Shown: positions 17,418 through 27,035 of the stretch, piece after piece
How the letters are laid out: every line of letters starts with the position of its first letter
How positions within the stretch are numbered: the stretch's first letter is position 1
DNA from: Sphaerochaetaceae bacterium
GTDB lineage: Bacteria > Spirochaetota > Spirochaetia > Sphaerochaetales > Sphaerochaetaceae
Length of the DNA: 64,000 nt
NCBI GenBank assembly: GCA_963643635.1
Contig: CAVILL010000001.1
Coordinates: forward strand, 124 to 64,123
Direction: 5' to 3'
Program-made: the position numbers and the translations under genes
Notes under the pieces: generated by a model
What the model saw: only the letters and a program-made list of their open reading frames with translations
Told to the model about the DNA's origin: nothing
The model's database searches: none

Positions 17418-18281
17418 TTACAATATACCTCCGATCTTTTCACTTACCAGATTTCCGGCTTTTTCCTTCATCTCTCCGGTAAGCGTGTAGTCGGTTATCT
17501 TCACAGATGAACCGTCAACTACAAAGATAGTTGAAAGAGACGGGTAGTCAAGTTTTTCGCCCGCTCTTCTCTTCTCCTGGATTATCTGGTTCCTCAGGAG
17601 TGTATTGAGGGCCCTCGCAGTGCCTTCACTTGTCGTCTCTATCCATCCCGAGAGCATGAGCTCCCCGTCCCTGCGGTTGATCAGAAGACAGGTACGGGTC
17701 ATTTCGGCAGTGACGGTATCGGGAATCTCGAAGCCGAGCTCCCTCAGGCTTCCGGGTTCGAAGATGTAGACGGAGAGCGCTGCGGACGCCATGAGAGCTG
17801 CCGTCTCGTCGTCTATCCTCATCTCCCTCTCCGAGTACGCTCTCTTATAGAACGAAGGATAGTCACCGTCGGAGAAGAGAAGAACTCCGTTCTGCGGGGA
17901 GTAGAGGCTCATCACCGAGTCTGTATACCACTTGACTCCGTCCTCCTTCTCCTTCTTGAAGGCGGAGGAGAAGGCCAGAGCGGTATTGGTTGTGAAGGAA
18001 GATATGTTCCCCTCAACCGCTCCCGACGTTATGTACCCATCCCCGTCCGGAATGAGAGACGCCGTTATGCGGGTGGACTTCTTCACAACCGTGTTGTCCG
18101 TGAGCCCCGGGTCGACTACTCCGTCCAGCTCTCCCTCCTTTATCCTCTCCGTGTCCGCAGTCATTACGATTTCCCCGCTCTCCCCGAGTGCCTGGTAGAA
18201 GTACTCGGTTGTGAACGGTGTGTGATGCACGCACCCCGTGAGAAGAACAAGTACAAGAAAGGAGAGCAGGAGCCGTTTCAT
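17418..18281 (-). CDS. Lipoprotein, function unknown
   Basis: 287 aa. The signal peptide carries the lipobox LLTGC. Confidence 0.7.
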   Translation of the reverse strand: MKRLLLSFLVLVLLTGCVHHTPFTTEYFYQALGESGEIVMTADTERIKEGELDGVVDPGLTDNTVVKKSTRITASLIPDGDGYITSGAVEGNISSFTTNTALAFSSAFKKEKEDGVKWYTDSVMSLYSPQNGVLLFSDGDYPSFYKRAYSEREMRIDDETAALMASAALSVYIFEPGSLRELGFEIPDTVTAEMTRTCLLINRRDGELMLSGWIETTSEGTARALNTLLRNQIIQEKRRAGEKLDYPSLSTIFVVDGSSVKITDYTLTGEMKEKAGNLVSEKIGGIL

Positions 18282-18284
18282 CTC

Positions 18285-21200
18285 TTACTTATTTACCTTT
18301 TCAACCTTTACGGAGACTTCGCTCTCGTTGATCTCACTCTTCTTTCCGTCGTTAGGAGCAAAGTCGAGGGAGTCGGAGAGAGTCTCCTTCTTAATGAAGT
18401 CGCCGAATGCTTCGACAGCCTTCTTCAGTGTCCCGTCTCCGTCGACTGTGAGATTGATATGGTCCGCGACATCGAGGCCGGATTCCTTTCTCTCTGTCTG
18501 GACGAGTCTCACGAGGTCACGTGAGATTCCCTCGAGGAGAAGATCCTCCGTCACTTCCGTATCGTAACCGACAGTGAGGTCGCCTTCATTGAGAACCCTG
18601 ACGTGTTCCTTCTCCGTTCTCTGGACGACGAGGTCGCCTTCCGTGATATCGATCGAGCCCTGGGAGTATTCAATAGTCTCGCTTTCTCCGTTGAGGATCT
18701 TCTCGATTCTCGAGCCCACAAGACTCTGGATGTGAGATGCGACTTCCTTCATGGACTTTCCGAGCTTGGAGCCCAGGACCTTGAAGTTGGCCTTTGCCGA
18801 GTACGTTACGAGGTCCTCCTCGTTCTTCCTGACGAAGACCTTCTTTACGTTGAGCTCCTCCTTGAGGATGTCGATGTCCTTCTCGAGAATATCGCGGATG
18901 GAGTTGTTGCGGCTGACGACGATGAATTCCTTGAGGGGCTGCCTTATCTTGAGATTCGATGAAGCCCTGAGAGAGCGTCCCATCTCGACTGCCTTCATGA
19001 CGACTCTCATCTCCTCTTCCTTCACTCTGTCCCTCTCCTCCTCGTTATACTCGGGGTAGTCGCAGAGATGGACGGAAATCGGCATATCGTCGGTTCTGAG
19101 GTTCTGATAGATTGTCTCGGTCACGAACGGAATCATCGGAGCTGCAACCTTGCAGAATGTGATGAGCACTCTGTAGAGGGTGTTGTATGCATCCTTCTTG
19201 TCGCTGTCATTCTCGCTTCTCCAGAATCTTCTTCTGCTTCTTCTGATGTACCAGTTGTTGAGGTCGTCGATGAAGGAGACAACAGCCTGTGTCGCATCCT
19301 GGATCTGGTAGCTGTCGAATGCGGCGGTAACCTTCTCGATGAGCGCCTCGAGGTCCGAGATGATCCACTTGTCAAGCGGATTCCTGAGATCCTTCGTCGC
19401 AGTCACGGACGGTTCGTAGCCGTCGATGTTTGCGTATGTCACGAAGAACGAGTAAGCATTCCAGAGAGGAATCAGGAGCCCCTTGAGAACGTCCTTCACG
19501 AGGTCGTCGGAATACTTGACGTCATCGGCTCTGACGAGGGATGAGTTGATGAGAGCAAAGCGGAGTGCATCCGCACCGTACTCCTTCACGACATCCATCG
19601 GGTCTGTGTAGTTGTGCTTGCTCTTGCTCATCTTACTTCCGTCTTCTGCAAGAACGATTCCGGAAACAATGCAGTGCTCGAAGGCGGGCTTGCCGAAGAG
19701 TGCAGCAGCAAGAACAGTAAGGGAGTAGAACCAGCCTCTTGTCTGATCGAGACCTTCGTTGATGAAGTCCGCGGGGAAGATATTGTCCCACTTTCCGCTG
19801 TTCTCGAAGGGATAGTGCTGCTGGGCATACGGCATGCTTCCCGATTCAAACCAGCAGTCGAAGATGTCGGGGATACGTCTCATCGTGCCCTTTCCGTCGG
19901 GGGATGGCCATGTGAGCTTGTCGACAAAGTGCTTATGGAGGTCATCGACCTTCTGTCCGCACTTCTCCTCGAGTTCCTTCACCGATCCGATTACCTCGAT
20001 GTAGTCCGAGCCGTCGCACTTCCACACCGGAATCGGGTTACCCCAGAAGCGGTTGCGGCTGATGGCCCAGTCGCGTGCGCCCTCGAGCCACTTGCCGAAG
20101 CGGCCGTACTTGATATGATCCGGTACCCATGTAATCTGGTCGTTGCACTCGAGCATCGTCTTCTTGATCTTCTGTACGTCGACGAACCAGCAGCTCATTG
20201 CCTTGTAGATGAGAGGCATGCCGGTGCGGTAGCAGAAGGGATAGGAGTGCAGATAGTTCTCTCTCTTGACGAGTTTTCCGTTACTCCTGAGCCACTCGAT
20301 GATGCTCTTGTCGGCATCCTTGACGAACATACCCTTCCACGGTTCGATTTCATCCGTGAAGCGGCACTCCTCGTCCACCGGACATACGACCGGAACCTGG
20401 GGAAGCTTCGCCTTCATCGTGTTGTAGTCGTCTTCGCCGAAGCCCGAAGCGGTGTGTACGATACCGCATCCGTCTTCCGTCGTGACGTAGTCGGCTGTAA
20501 CTACCTGGAAGGCACCCTGTGCCTTGAGGGATGCGAAGAACGGCATCAGGGGCTCGTACTTCATTCCCACGAGGTCCTTTCCCTTGACCTTTCTGACAAC
20601 AGTGCAGCCCTTCCCGTCCTTGTAGTACTTTCCGAGAAGGTTCTCTGCTAGGTAGTAGTGGCACCTGTCATCCTCGTCCTCGACTTCGACGTAGTCGATA
20701 TCGGCACCGACAGCGAGTGCGAGGTTCGAGGGCAGCGTCCACGGCGTTGTCGTCCATGCGAGGAAGTAGTGGTTCTCCGTTCCGTCAATCCTGAAGCGGA
20801 CTGTGACAGCCTGATCCACTACATCCTTGTAGCCTCCGAGAGATACCTCCATGTTCGAAAGCGGGCATGCAAGCTTCGGGGAATACGGAAGGACGTTGTA
20901 GCCTTCGTAGATGAGTCCCTTGTCGTAGAGAGTCTTGAAGACCCACCATACGGACTCCATGTAGTTCTTGTCCATGGTCCTGTAGCCGTTGTCGAAATCG
21001 ACCCAGCGGCCCGTGCGTGTGATGGCCTTCTTCCATTCGGAAGTGTATCTCAGGACGATGGAGCGGCATTCCTCGTTGAACTTCGCGACTCCGTACTCGA
21101 CGATTCTGCTGTGTCCCGAGACACCGATCGTCTTCTCCATCTCGGCTTCTACCGGAAGACCGTGACAGTCCCATCCGAAACGTCTGATGACTCTGTGGCC

Positions 21201-21425
21201 CTTCATCGACTGGTAACGGGGAATGGCATCCTTGATTGTGCCGGGTAATATATGACCGAAATGCGGGAGTCCCGTTGCAAACGGAGGCCCGTCGTAGAAG
21301 ACATATTCGTTGTCTGCCGGGCGGCTCTCGATGCTCTTTCTGTAGACATCGTTATCCTCCCAGAACTTCAGAATCTTCTCCTCTTCAGAGGGAAAGTTCA
21401 CCTTATTGTTCACAGGTTCAAACAT
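18285..21425 (-). CDS. ileS: Isoleucine--tRNA ligase (type 2, long form)
   Basis: 1046 aa. The HIGH region is PPFATGLPHFGHIL and the KMSKS motif is KMSKSKHN. It heads a compact ileS-lipoprotein-fmdB-trpS string. Confidence 0.95.
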   Translation of the reverse strand: MFEPVNNKVNFPSEEEKILKFWEDNDVYRKSIESRPADNEYVFYDGPPFATGLPHFGHILPGTIKDAIPRYQSMKGHRVIRRFGWDCHGLPVEAEMEKTIGVSGHSRIVEYGVAKFNEECRSIVLRYTSEWKKAITRTGRWVDFDNGYRTMDKNYMESVWWVFKTLYDKGLIYEGYNVLPYSPKLACPLSNMEVSLGGYKDVVDQAVTVRFRIDGTENHYFLAWTTTPWTLPSNLALAVGADIDYVEVEDEDDRCHYYLAENLLGKYYKDGKGCTVVRKVKGKDLVGMKYEPLMPFFASLKAQGAFQVVTADYVTTEDGCGIVHTASGFGEDDYNTMKAKLPQVPVVCPVDEECRFTDEIEPWKGMFVKDADKSIIEWLRSNGKLVKRENYLHSYPFCYRTGMPLIYKAMSCWFVDVQKIKKTMLECNDQITWVPDHIKYGRFGKWLEGARDWAISRNRFWGNPIPVWKCDGSDYIEVIGSVKELEEKCGQKVDDLHKHFVDKLTWPSPDGKGTMRRIPDIFDCWFESGSMPYAQQHYPFENSGKWDNIFPADFINEGLDQTRGWFYSLTVLAAALFGKPAFEHCIVSGIVLAEDGSKMSKSKHNYTDPMDVVKEYGADALRFALINSSLVRADDVKYSDDLVKDVLKGLLIPLWNAYSFFVTYANIDGYEPSVTATKDLRNPLDKWIISDLEALIEKVTAAFDSYQIQDATQAVVSFIDDLNNWYIRRSRRRFWRSENDSDKKDAYNTLYRVLITFCKVAAPMIPFVTETIYQNLRTDDMPISVHLCDYPEYNEEERDRVKEEEMRVVMKAVEMGRSLRASSNLKIRQPLKEFIVVSRNNSIRDILEKDIDILKEELNVKKVFVRKNEEDLVTYSAKANFKVLGSKLGKSMKEVASHIQSLVGSRIEKILNGESETIEYSQGSIDITEGDLVVQRTEKEHVRVLNEGDLTVGYDTEVTEDLLLEGISRDLVRLVQTERKESGLDVADHINLTVDGDGTLKKAVEAFGDFIKKETLSDSLDFAPNDGKKSEINESEVSVKVEKVNK

Positions 21426-21548
21426 CTTTGTTTCTCCTTAGGAATTTTCCTTTCAATTGTAAGAGTTTACCCCCGCCTCTATCAAGGGGAGGAAATAGAG
21501 AAGAGGCCGTTTACCTTCTGTTTTCGGATACGAAAAGCCGGAAAAAGA

Positions 21549-22564
21549 TCATCCCTTGACTTCAAGTCCGTGTCTCTTCCTCACTTCATCAAGAGCTGCC
21601 AGCACTCTTTCATCACGGCTGTCTTCGAGGCTGAGAATGAGAGAAATGTCGTCCGCACGGCCGTCTATGGCAAAGACAGCGGAATCATACGACCACACCT
21701 CGACGACAGAGCCTCCGGAATCCTCATAGTACTCTTTTGTGGAGATATCTTCCGGGAGAATATCGTGAGCGCTCTTCTTCGAGACTACGACAGCTCCGTC
21801 CGACTCGAGAGCGCATACCGTCGCACTTTTTTCCAGAGCCCTGATTCCACCGAAAATCGCGCTTCTTCCGGAATAGTCAGTTCTGAAATAGTTAGTCCTC
21901 CCCACAGGAGATTTCAGTCTCTTCCATCCTCTTCTGAGGAATCCGTTCTCCTCAGAGGCCGGCTCAATCCATTTCGTTCTGCCTTCCGCCGCCGCTGTCA
22001 CGAGAGCGGAATCAAGAAGATCGCCTACAGCTCTCGTGCAGGTCGCATTCGAAAGCGACAGAGCCGATGCGATATCCGACATATTCATCTCTGCACACAT
22101 GTTCTGTAATACAGATAGAGAAAGACACTCTGTGTTCCGGGAGCCATCTTCTCTCCCGGAGAAGAATGACTTCTGAATCTTTCCGAGAAGGCACAGCCGA
22201 ATAACGGGAGATAAACCTGCCGGGAAAGAGAAATGAAAGGTATCCTGTTCTCCATGAGATTACGTCTCTGAAGAGATGTAAGGTTATCGAGTGCAGGGGC
22301 ACACGGCTCTGAAGATATTCTCTGATAGTATTCCAGATCCTTCTTCAGTGACGGGACGGAGGACAACACATCTGTTTTCCCCCATTGAATCACGAACGGT
22401 ATATATCCGTCACGGATGAAGAAAGACACTTCTGAGGAGAAGCCGCAGCTTTCCACGGTAATACCGTCACCGAATACCGAATTGAGAAAAGAAAGCAGAG
22501 CCGGGGAAACTCTTTCCGATTTCACCCGTACCTGATTTGTACCATCGCCTGTGAAACTTATCAT
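21549..22564 (-). pseudogene. Putative winged-helix DNA-binding protein split by a frameshift
   Basis: ORFs 22085..22564 and 21549..22100 overlap by 16 nt in different frames. The break falls between ..QSVFLYLYYR and MNMSDIASALSLSNATCTRAVGDL, which is an HTH-like segment. Confidence 0.5.
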
Positions 22565-22638
22565 GTTGCAATGAAACTATCAGCAGAGTCATTCGGGAAT
22601 GCCTACCTCAGGAGCAGCATTCGTGCTAAACTCGGGCC

Positions 22639-23859
22639 ATGAAATACACATCACCCGGATCCCTTGTGGAAATGGCCGGAATTTTCAATAAGAACTCACA
22701 GTCACTCTACCTTGTCGGCGGCGCCGTCAGGGATTATCTCCTGAAAAAGGAGAACAGCGACTATGACCTTACGACGTCGGCCACCCCGGAGGAAGTCAAG
22801 GCGATGTTCAGGCGCACAATAGACACCGGTATCAGGCACGGCACCGTTACCGTAATCTATAAGGGCGAGCATTACGAAATCACCACATTCCGCACCGAAG
22901 GCGACTACTCGGACTCGAGGCATCCCGACAGTGTGACATTCGTCCGCTCCCTCGAAGAGGATCTGAAACGCCGTGACTTCACGATCAACGCCCTCGCAGT
23001 CGACATCCTCACGGGAGATATCATCGACATGCACGGCGGAATCGAAGACCTGGAGAAGGGAATAATAAGAGCTATCGGAGAGCCGGAGGAAAGATTCGGG
23101 GAGGACGCCCTCAGAATGATGCGGGCATGCCGCTTCTCCTCGAAGCTCGGCTTCGATATCGAGGAAAGGACCCTCGAAGCAATAAGGAAGCTCAATAAGA
23201 CAATCGGAAAGGTATCGGTGGAGAGGATAAAGGATGAACTCGACAAGCTTCTCCTCTCCCCCTGTCCCGTGAAGGGCCTGAGGTACATGGAGGAGACGGG
23301 ACTCATAAGCGTCATACATCCCTCCCTCTCCTTCTCCGACCACGTCTATGAATCCCTTGAAAGAGCAAAGAAGATGAATCTTCCTTTGTCCTCTCTCTAC
23401 GCCGTTCTTCTTCACACACAGCCTCAAGCCGTAGTTGAGAAGACCCTGAATCATCTCAGGGCCTCCAACACCGAGAAGAAGGAGATAACCCTCCTCTCAA
23501 GAGAATGGTTCACCGACACATCGGACACCGATCCTGTAGAGGTCAGGAAGTACATACAGAAAATCGGAAAGGACATGATTCCTCCCCTCTTCCGTGTAAG
23601 AAGGGCTGTCGGAGAGAATGAGAGGGAGGACTACGTCTTCGAAGCCTTAGTGCAGTACGAACTCGACAACAACTGCCCCGTTGAAATAAAGGACCTCGCA
23701 GTAAAGGGCGAAGACCTTGCGGGAATCGTAGAAAAAGGCCCCGCAATGGGGCTTATGCTGAAATATCTTCTGGAGTGCGTCATCGAAAACCCGGAAGACA
23801 ACACGAAGGAGAGACTGATCGAACTCGCGCGCGAAAGGGAACTCACTCGCGGTTTCTGA
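22639..23859 (+). CDS. cca: CCA tRNA nucleotidyltransferase / poly(A) polymerase family protein
   Basis: 406 aa. The head-domain motifs are LVGGAVRDYLL..DYDL and RRDFTINA. Confidence 0.85.
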   Translation: MKYTSPGSLVEMAGIFNKNSQSLYLVGGAVRDYLLKKENSDYDLTTSATPEEVKAMFRRTIDTGIRHGTVTVIYKGEHYEITTFRTEGDYSDSRHPDSVTFVRSLEEDLKRRDFTINALAVDILTGDIIDMHGGIEDLEKGIIRAIGEPEERFGEDALRMMRACRFSSKLGFDIEERTLEAIRKLNKTIGKVSVERIKDELDKLLLSPCPVKGLRYMEETGLISVIHPSLSFSDHVYESLERAKKMNLPLSSLYAVLLHTQPQAVVEKTLNHLRASNTEKKEITLLSREWFTDTSDTDPVEVRKYIQKIGKDMIPPLFRVRRAVGENEREDYVFEALVQYELDNNCPVEIKDLAVKGEDLAGIVEKGPAMGLMLKYLLECVIENPEDNTKERLIELARERELTRGF

Positions 23860-24616
23860 TGACTTCCGTGTTGTTGGGTTCGAGTCCGAGGTGAATGAGA
23901 GCCTCCCTCGCCGCATTCTGCTCGGCGTGCTTTTTGCTCTTTCCCGTCGCCGGTCCGTAGGTCTTTCCGTCAACCTCTACCGAAACGCTGAATACCTGCG
24001 CGTGATCGGGACCCGTGTGGGACACGAGAGTATAAAGGGGAACCTTCCCCTTCTTCTTCTGGTAGTATTCCTGGAGCTTTGTCTTGTAATCCTTGTAGGA
24101 TACCTTGTTCTTCAGCACCATCTCGATCTGGGACGGAATGAATGAAAGGACGAACCTTCTTGCGTCCTCGAGTCCCCTGTCGAGATAGATTGCCGCAATC
24201 ACGGCCTCCATGGCGTCCGCCTGGATTGCCTTCTTTCTCGCGCCGCCCTGGATCTGCTCTCCGCGTCCTATGAGAAGGTAGCGCTCGAAATCCAGCTTCG
24301 ATGCGATCTCGCTCAGGGAATCCTCGCTGACGACAATCGCCTTGATCTTCGAGAACTCACCCTCATGATAAACACCGTAGTAGTTTTCAAAGAGGAACTG
24401 GGCCGTAATCAGATCGAGAACTGCATCGCCGAGGAACTCCAGTCTCTCGTTGTTGTCGACTCCGCCTCTGGTTTCGTTGGCGTAGGAGGTGTGGGTGAAT
24501 GCAAGATTCAGGAGATTTATGTTATTGAAATCAAGACCGTTGGCCTTCTGAAAACAAATAAGCTCCCTTTCTCTTTCTTCAGTAAGAAAAGGAGCCTTGA
24601 GTGAGAGTGAATCCAA
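23843..24616 (-). CDS. rnc: Ribonuclease III
   Basis: 257 aa. It has the signature NERLEFLGDAVL and a C-terminal dsRBD (KTKLQEYYQKK...). Confidence 0.9.
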   Translation of the reverse strand: MDSLSLKAPFLTEERERELICFQKANGLDFNNINLLNLAFTHTSYANETRGGVDNNERLEFLGDAVLDLITAQFLFENYYGVYHEGEFSKIKAIVVSEDSLSEIASKLDFERYLLIGRGEQIQGGARKKAIQADAMEAVIAAIYLDRGLEDARRFVLSFIPSQIEMVLKNKVSYKDYKTKLQEYYQKKKGKVPLYTLVSHTGPDHAQVFSVSVEVDGKTYGPATGKSKKHAEQNAAREALIHLGLEPNNTEVIRNRE

Positions 24617-24617
24617 G

Positions 24618-24860
24618 TCAGTTGAGTTCCTTCACAAGATACTTCACAGCGTCGCCGACTGTCTCGAAGCCGTTTGCCTCATCGTCGGAAATAGTAACGC
24701 CGGTTTCTTCCTCGAGAGCATAGACAAGGTCATATGTATCGAGACTGTCAGCACCGAGATCCTTGCGGAAGGATGCTTCCATGGTGACCTTATCGGGATT
24801 GACTCTGAGCTTCTCGACAACAAGGTTCTTCACTTTGTTAAAGATTTCAGATTCCGTCAT
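24618..24860 (-). CDS. acpP: Acyl carrier protein
   Basis: 80 aa. The phosphopantetheine site is DLGADSLDTYDLV. Confidence 0.9.
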   Translation of the reverse strand: MTESEIFNKVKNLVVEKLRVNPDKVTMEASFRKDLGADSLDTYDLVYALEEETGVTISDDEANGFETVGDAVKYLVKELN

Positions 24861-24864
24861 CTAA

Positions 24865-25050
24865 TTACTCCTCGTCTTTTGCAACTACAGCCTTACCTGC
24901 ATAGTAACCGCACTTCGGGCATACGCGGTGAGCGGGGATGAGGTTGCCGCATGTCTGGCATGTTGCAAGGTTCGGAGCCTGGAGCTTCATGTTTGCAGCC
25001 TTTCTGGATGCTGCTCTGGATTTCGATGTTTTATACTTAGGAGTTGCCAT
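24865..25050 (-). CDS. rpmF: 50S ribosomal protein L32
   Basis: 61 aa. It begins MATPKYKTSKSR and has a CxxC...CxxC zinc ribbon. Confidence 0.9.
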   Translation of the reverse strand: MATPKYKTSKSRAASRKAANMKLQAPNLATCQTCGNLIPAHRVCPKCGYYAGKAVVAKDEE

Positions 25051-25215
25051 TTTAAACCTCTCTGTTATCCGTAATAATTAACGGTTTGTAAGTCTATCAA
25101 AAGAGTGCACCCTCGTCAACCGAGGGGAACAAACCTTCATTACTATACAGAAACTTCACCCTTCAATTCAAGTAGAAGCTGGAATAATCATCTCCGAAGA
25201 CCGATAATATTCCCC

Positions 25216-25521
25216 GTGAAGTTACTCAGGGAGATATTTCTCATTCCGGTCCATATCTACAGGCTCGTCATAAGCCCGCTCAAGGGTGGCTCTGTCTGTG
25301 CCTACACTCCCTCGTGCTCGGAGTATTTTCTCACCTCTGTGAGGCGCTTCGGAATCATCAGGGGAACAATCATGGGGACAGCAAGAATCCTCAGGTGCCG
25401 CCCGCAGTACTTCGGAGGTCCCGACCCCGTCCCCGACGCCTACTCCTGGAAGGGAGTGAAGGACCAGTACATCGTACGCAGGAAACCTAAGGGCTTCGAC
25501 AGAGACGTACAGAAGAAATAG
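25216..25521 (+). CDS. yidD: Membrane protein insertion efficiency factor YidD
   Basis: The core is IYRLVISPLKGGSVCAYTPSCSEYFLTSVRRFG. The ORF track starts at 25105, but the first 37 codons look non-coding. The GTG at 25216 is chosen as the start, which remains uncertain. Confidence 0.75.
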   Translation: MKLLREIFLIPVHIYRLVISPLKGGSVCAYTPSCSEYFLTSVRRFGIIRGTIMGTARILRCRPQYFGGPDPVPDAYSWKGVKDQYIVRRKPKGFDRDVQKK

Positions 25522-25949
25522 CCCGCCAGGCTGACACAACCTTTCTCATCTCCTCTTCCGTGTAGAAAAGGGAGGATCAATACAGACATTGATTACAAGG
25601 CAGTATTCGAGGCCCTGAGGGTGTACTTTGAAGAGCCCGTCAGTGAAATGGAGCGGAGGCATTCTGCTGCAGACATTGACAAGCGGAGAGGATTTCCGAG
25701 GCTATCAAAGGAGAGATTCCTCGATTTCTGAGACAGACAGAGCGGCGAACTCTACGACGACTTGAGGGAAATATACGAACCGAAGAGCAGCTGCCGGGGA
25801 ATACCGCTGGAGAAATACGTCTACGCTCTCCAGAAGATAACAGGAAAGAGGCCTCAGAGTGTCAGACACTGGAACTATCTCAGGGTCGAAGGAAAGACCT
25901 GAGGGAAAAAGATGGTGCATTCCATTCAGAACCCGGTTACCATTGCTGT

Positions 25950-27035
25950 ATGGACAGTGAGAAGGCGGGAAAACTCTTACATCTCTTCGACAACACCACC
26001 CAGTGCTACAAGTTCTTCTGGTTCAGGTCGGTGCTTGAGAAGGTGAACGAAGGCGTGACGACCATGCGCTACGGCGACATCGTGAACGACATGATTTCGA
26101 CGGCATGGTTCATGGTGAGCGAATACCACCTGACGCTGGGACCTTCGGACGGACTCGAGGAGCTCATAAAGAGACTGCAGCCCCTCTCGGGCCTCAGACC
26201 GTCGGAGAGCAGAACAAAGGTAATCGGTTTTCTGTCTTCATCCGATGACTCCGCTCTCAAGGGAGAGAGGGAAAGGCTCATCAGAAACGTACCCTACTGT
26301 CTCCAGTCTCCATTCTTTCCAGCAAAGACACGACTCGACACGATTCCGAAATCGAGGATTACGGGTCTGATGAACGCGAATGACGACATCATCTACACCT
26401 ACTCCGATTACCGCGGCCTCGACACGACGATTACAGTCAGAGACGAATGGACCATATACCTCCGGGAGAACTACAGCCTCATCAAAGGCTGGATCGACTA
26501 CAGGCTTGTGAACTATCTTCAGAGCAGAAATCCGGCAGTACCGGGAATACCCCTCAAGCTCTCGCCTCCACGAGAGAGGAACCTTGTCAAAATTCAGCAG
26601 TACTGGAGGAAGATAATCGAAATCGGGAACGTAAGGGAAATCTACTCCGACACGCTGCTCTCTCCGGAGAGTTCAATATCCATCGACCATTTCGTACCCT
26701 GGTCGTACGTCTCATGTGACGAATTCTGGAACCTCAGTCCGACGACGAGAAGCATCAACAGCAGCAAGAGCAACTTCCTTCCCCCGCTTGAGAGGTATTT
26801 CAGAAGACTCAGCAGCCTTGAGTTCAGATCGTACACTCTCATTCATAAGTATCCCCGGATAAGGGAGAGCTTCGAGAAGGCCGGAAGAGACCACTTCTCC
26901 ACTCCGGGGGTGAAGGAGAAGCTCTACCTCAGGGAGAACCTCTCCGAGGAGGAATTCGGAAGAATTCTGTACGAAACAATAGAGCCCCTGTACAAAGGGG
27001 CCCGGAACTGCGGTTTCATTCTCTGGAAAGGCTGA
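25950..27035 (+). CDS. HNH (His-Me finger) nuclease domain protein with an unassigned 230-aa N-terminal domain
   Basis: 361 aa. The C-terminal motif is SIDHFVPWSYVSCDEFWNLSPTTRSINSSKSN (D-H...N...N). I recognise no family for the N-terminal domain (CYKFFWFRSVLEKV...). Confidence 0.7.
   Translation: MDSEKAGKLLHLFDNTTQCYKFFWFRSVLEKVNEGVTTMRYGDIVNDMISTAWFMVSEYHLTLGPSDGLEELIKRLQPLSGLRPSESRTKVIGFLSSSDDSALKGERERLIRNVPYCLQSPFFPAKTRLDTIPKSRITGLMNANDDIIYTYSDYRGLDTTITVRDEWTIYLRENYSLIKGWIDYRLVNYLQSRNPAVPGIPLKLSPPRERNLVKIQQYWRKIIEIGNVREIYSDTLLSPESSISIDHFVPWSYVSCDEFWNLSPTTRSINSSKSNFLPPLERYFRRLSSLEFRSYTLIHKYPRIRESFEKAGRDHFSTPGVKEKLYLRENLSEEEFGRILYETIEPLYKGARNCGFILWKG

Noticed and set aside
21426-21548. 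Hairpins upstream of ileS (TTTTCG-GATA-CGAAAA and CCGCCTCT...AGGGGAGG) as a riboswitch, T-box or attenuator
   Set aside because: The stems are short with no adjoining T-run, no T-box consensus and no alternative-pairing logic that I could trace. They are left as unexplained minor structure.
25729-25731. In-frame TGA as selenocysteine or a reassigned codon
   Set aside because: TGA terminates many well-defined genes in this window (for example mazE, the DUF4143 ATPase gene and the RloB-like gene). I saw no SECIS-like hairpin immediately downstream, and the surrounding ORF is not a known selenoprotein. A nonsense mutation is the simpler explanation.
25705-25920. 71-aa minus-strand ORF between yidD and the HNH gene
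   Set aside because: It is antisense to the more protein-like plus-strand frame that carries the single in-frame TGA. I see no RBS or motif.
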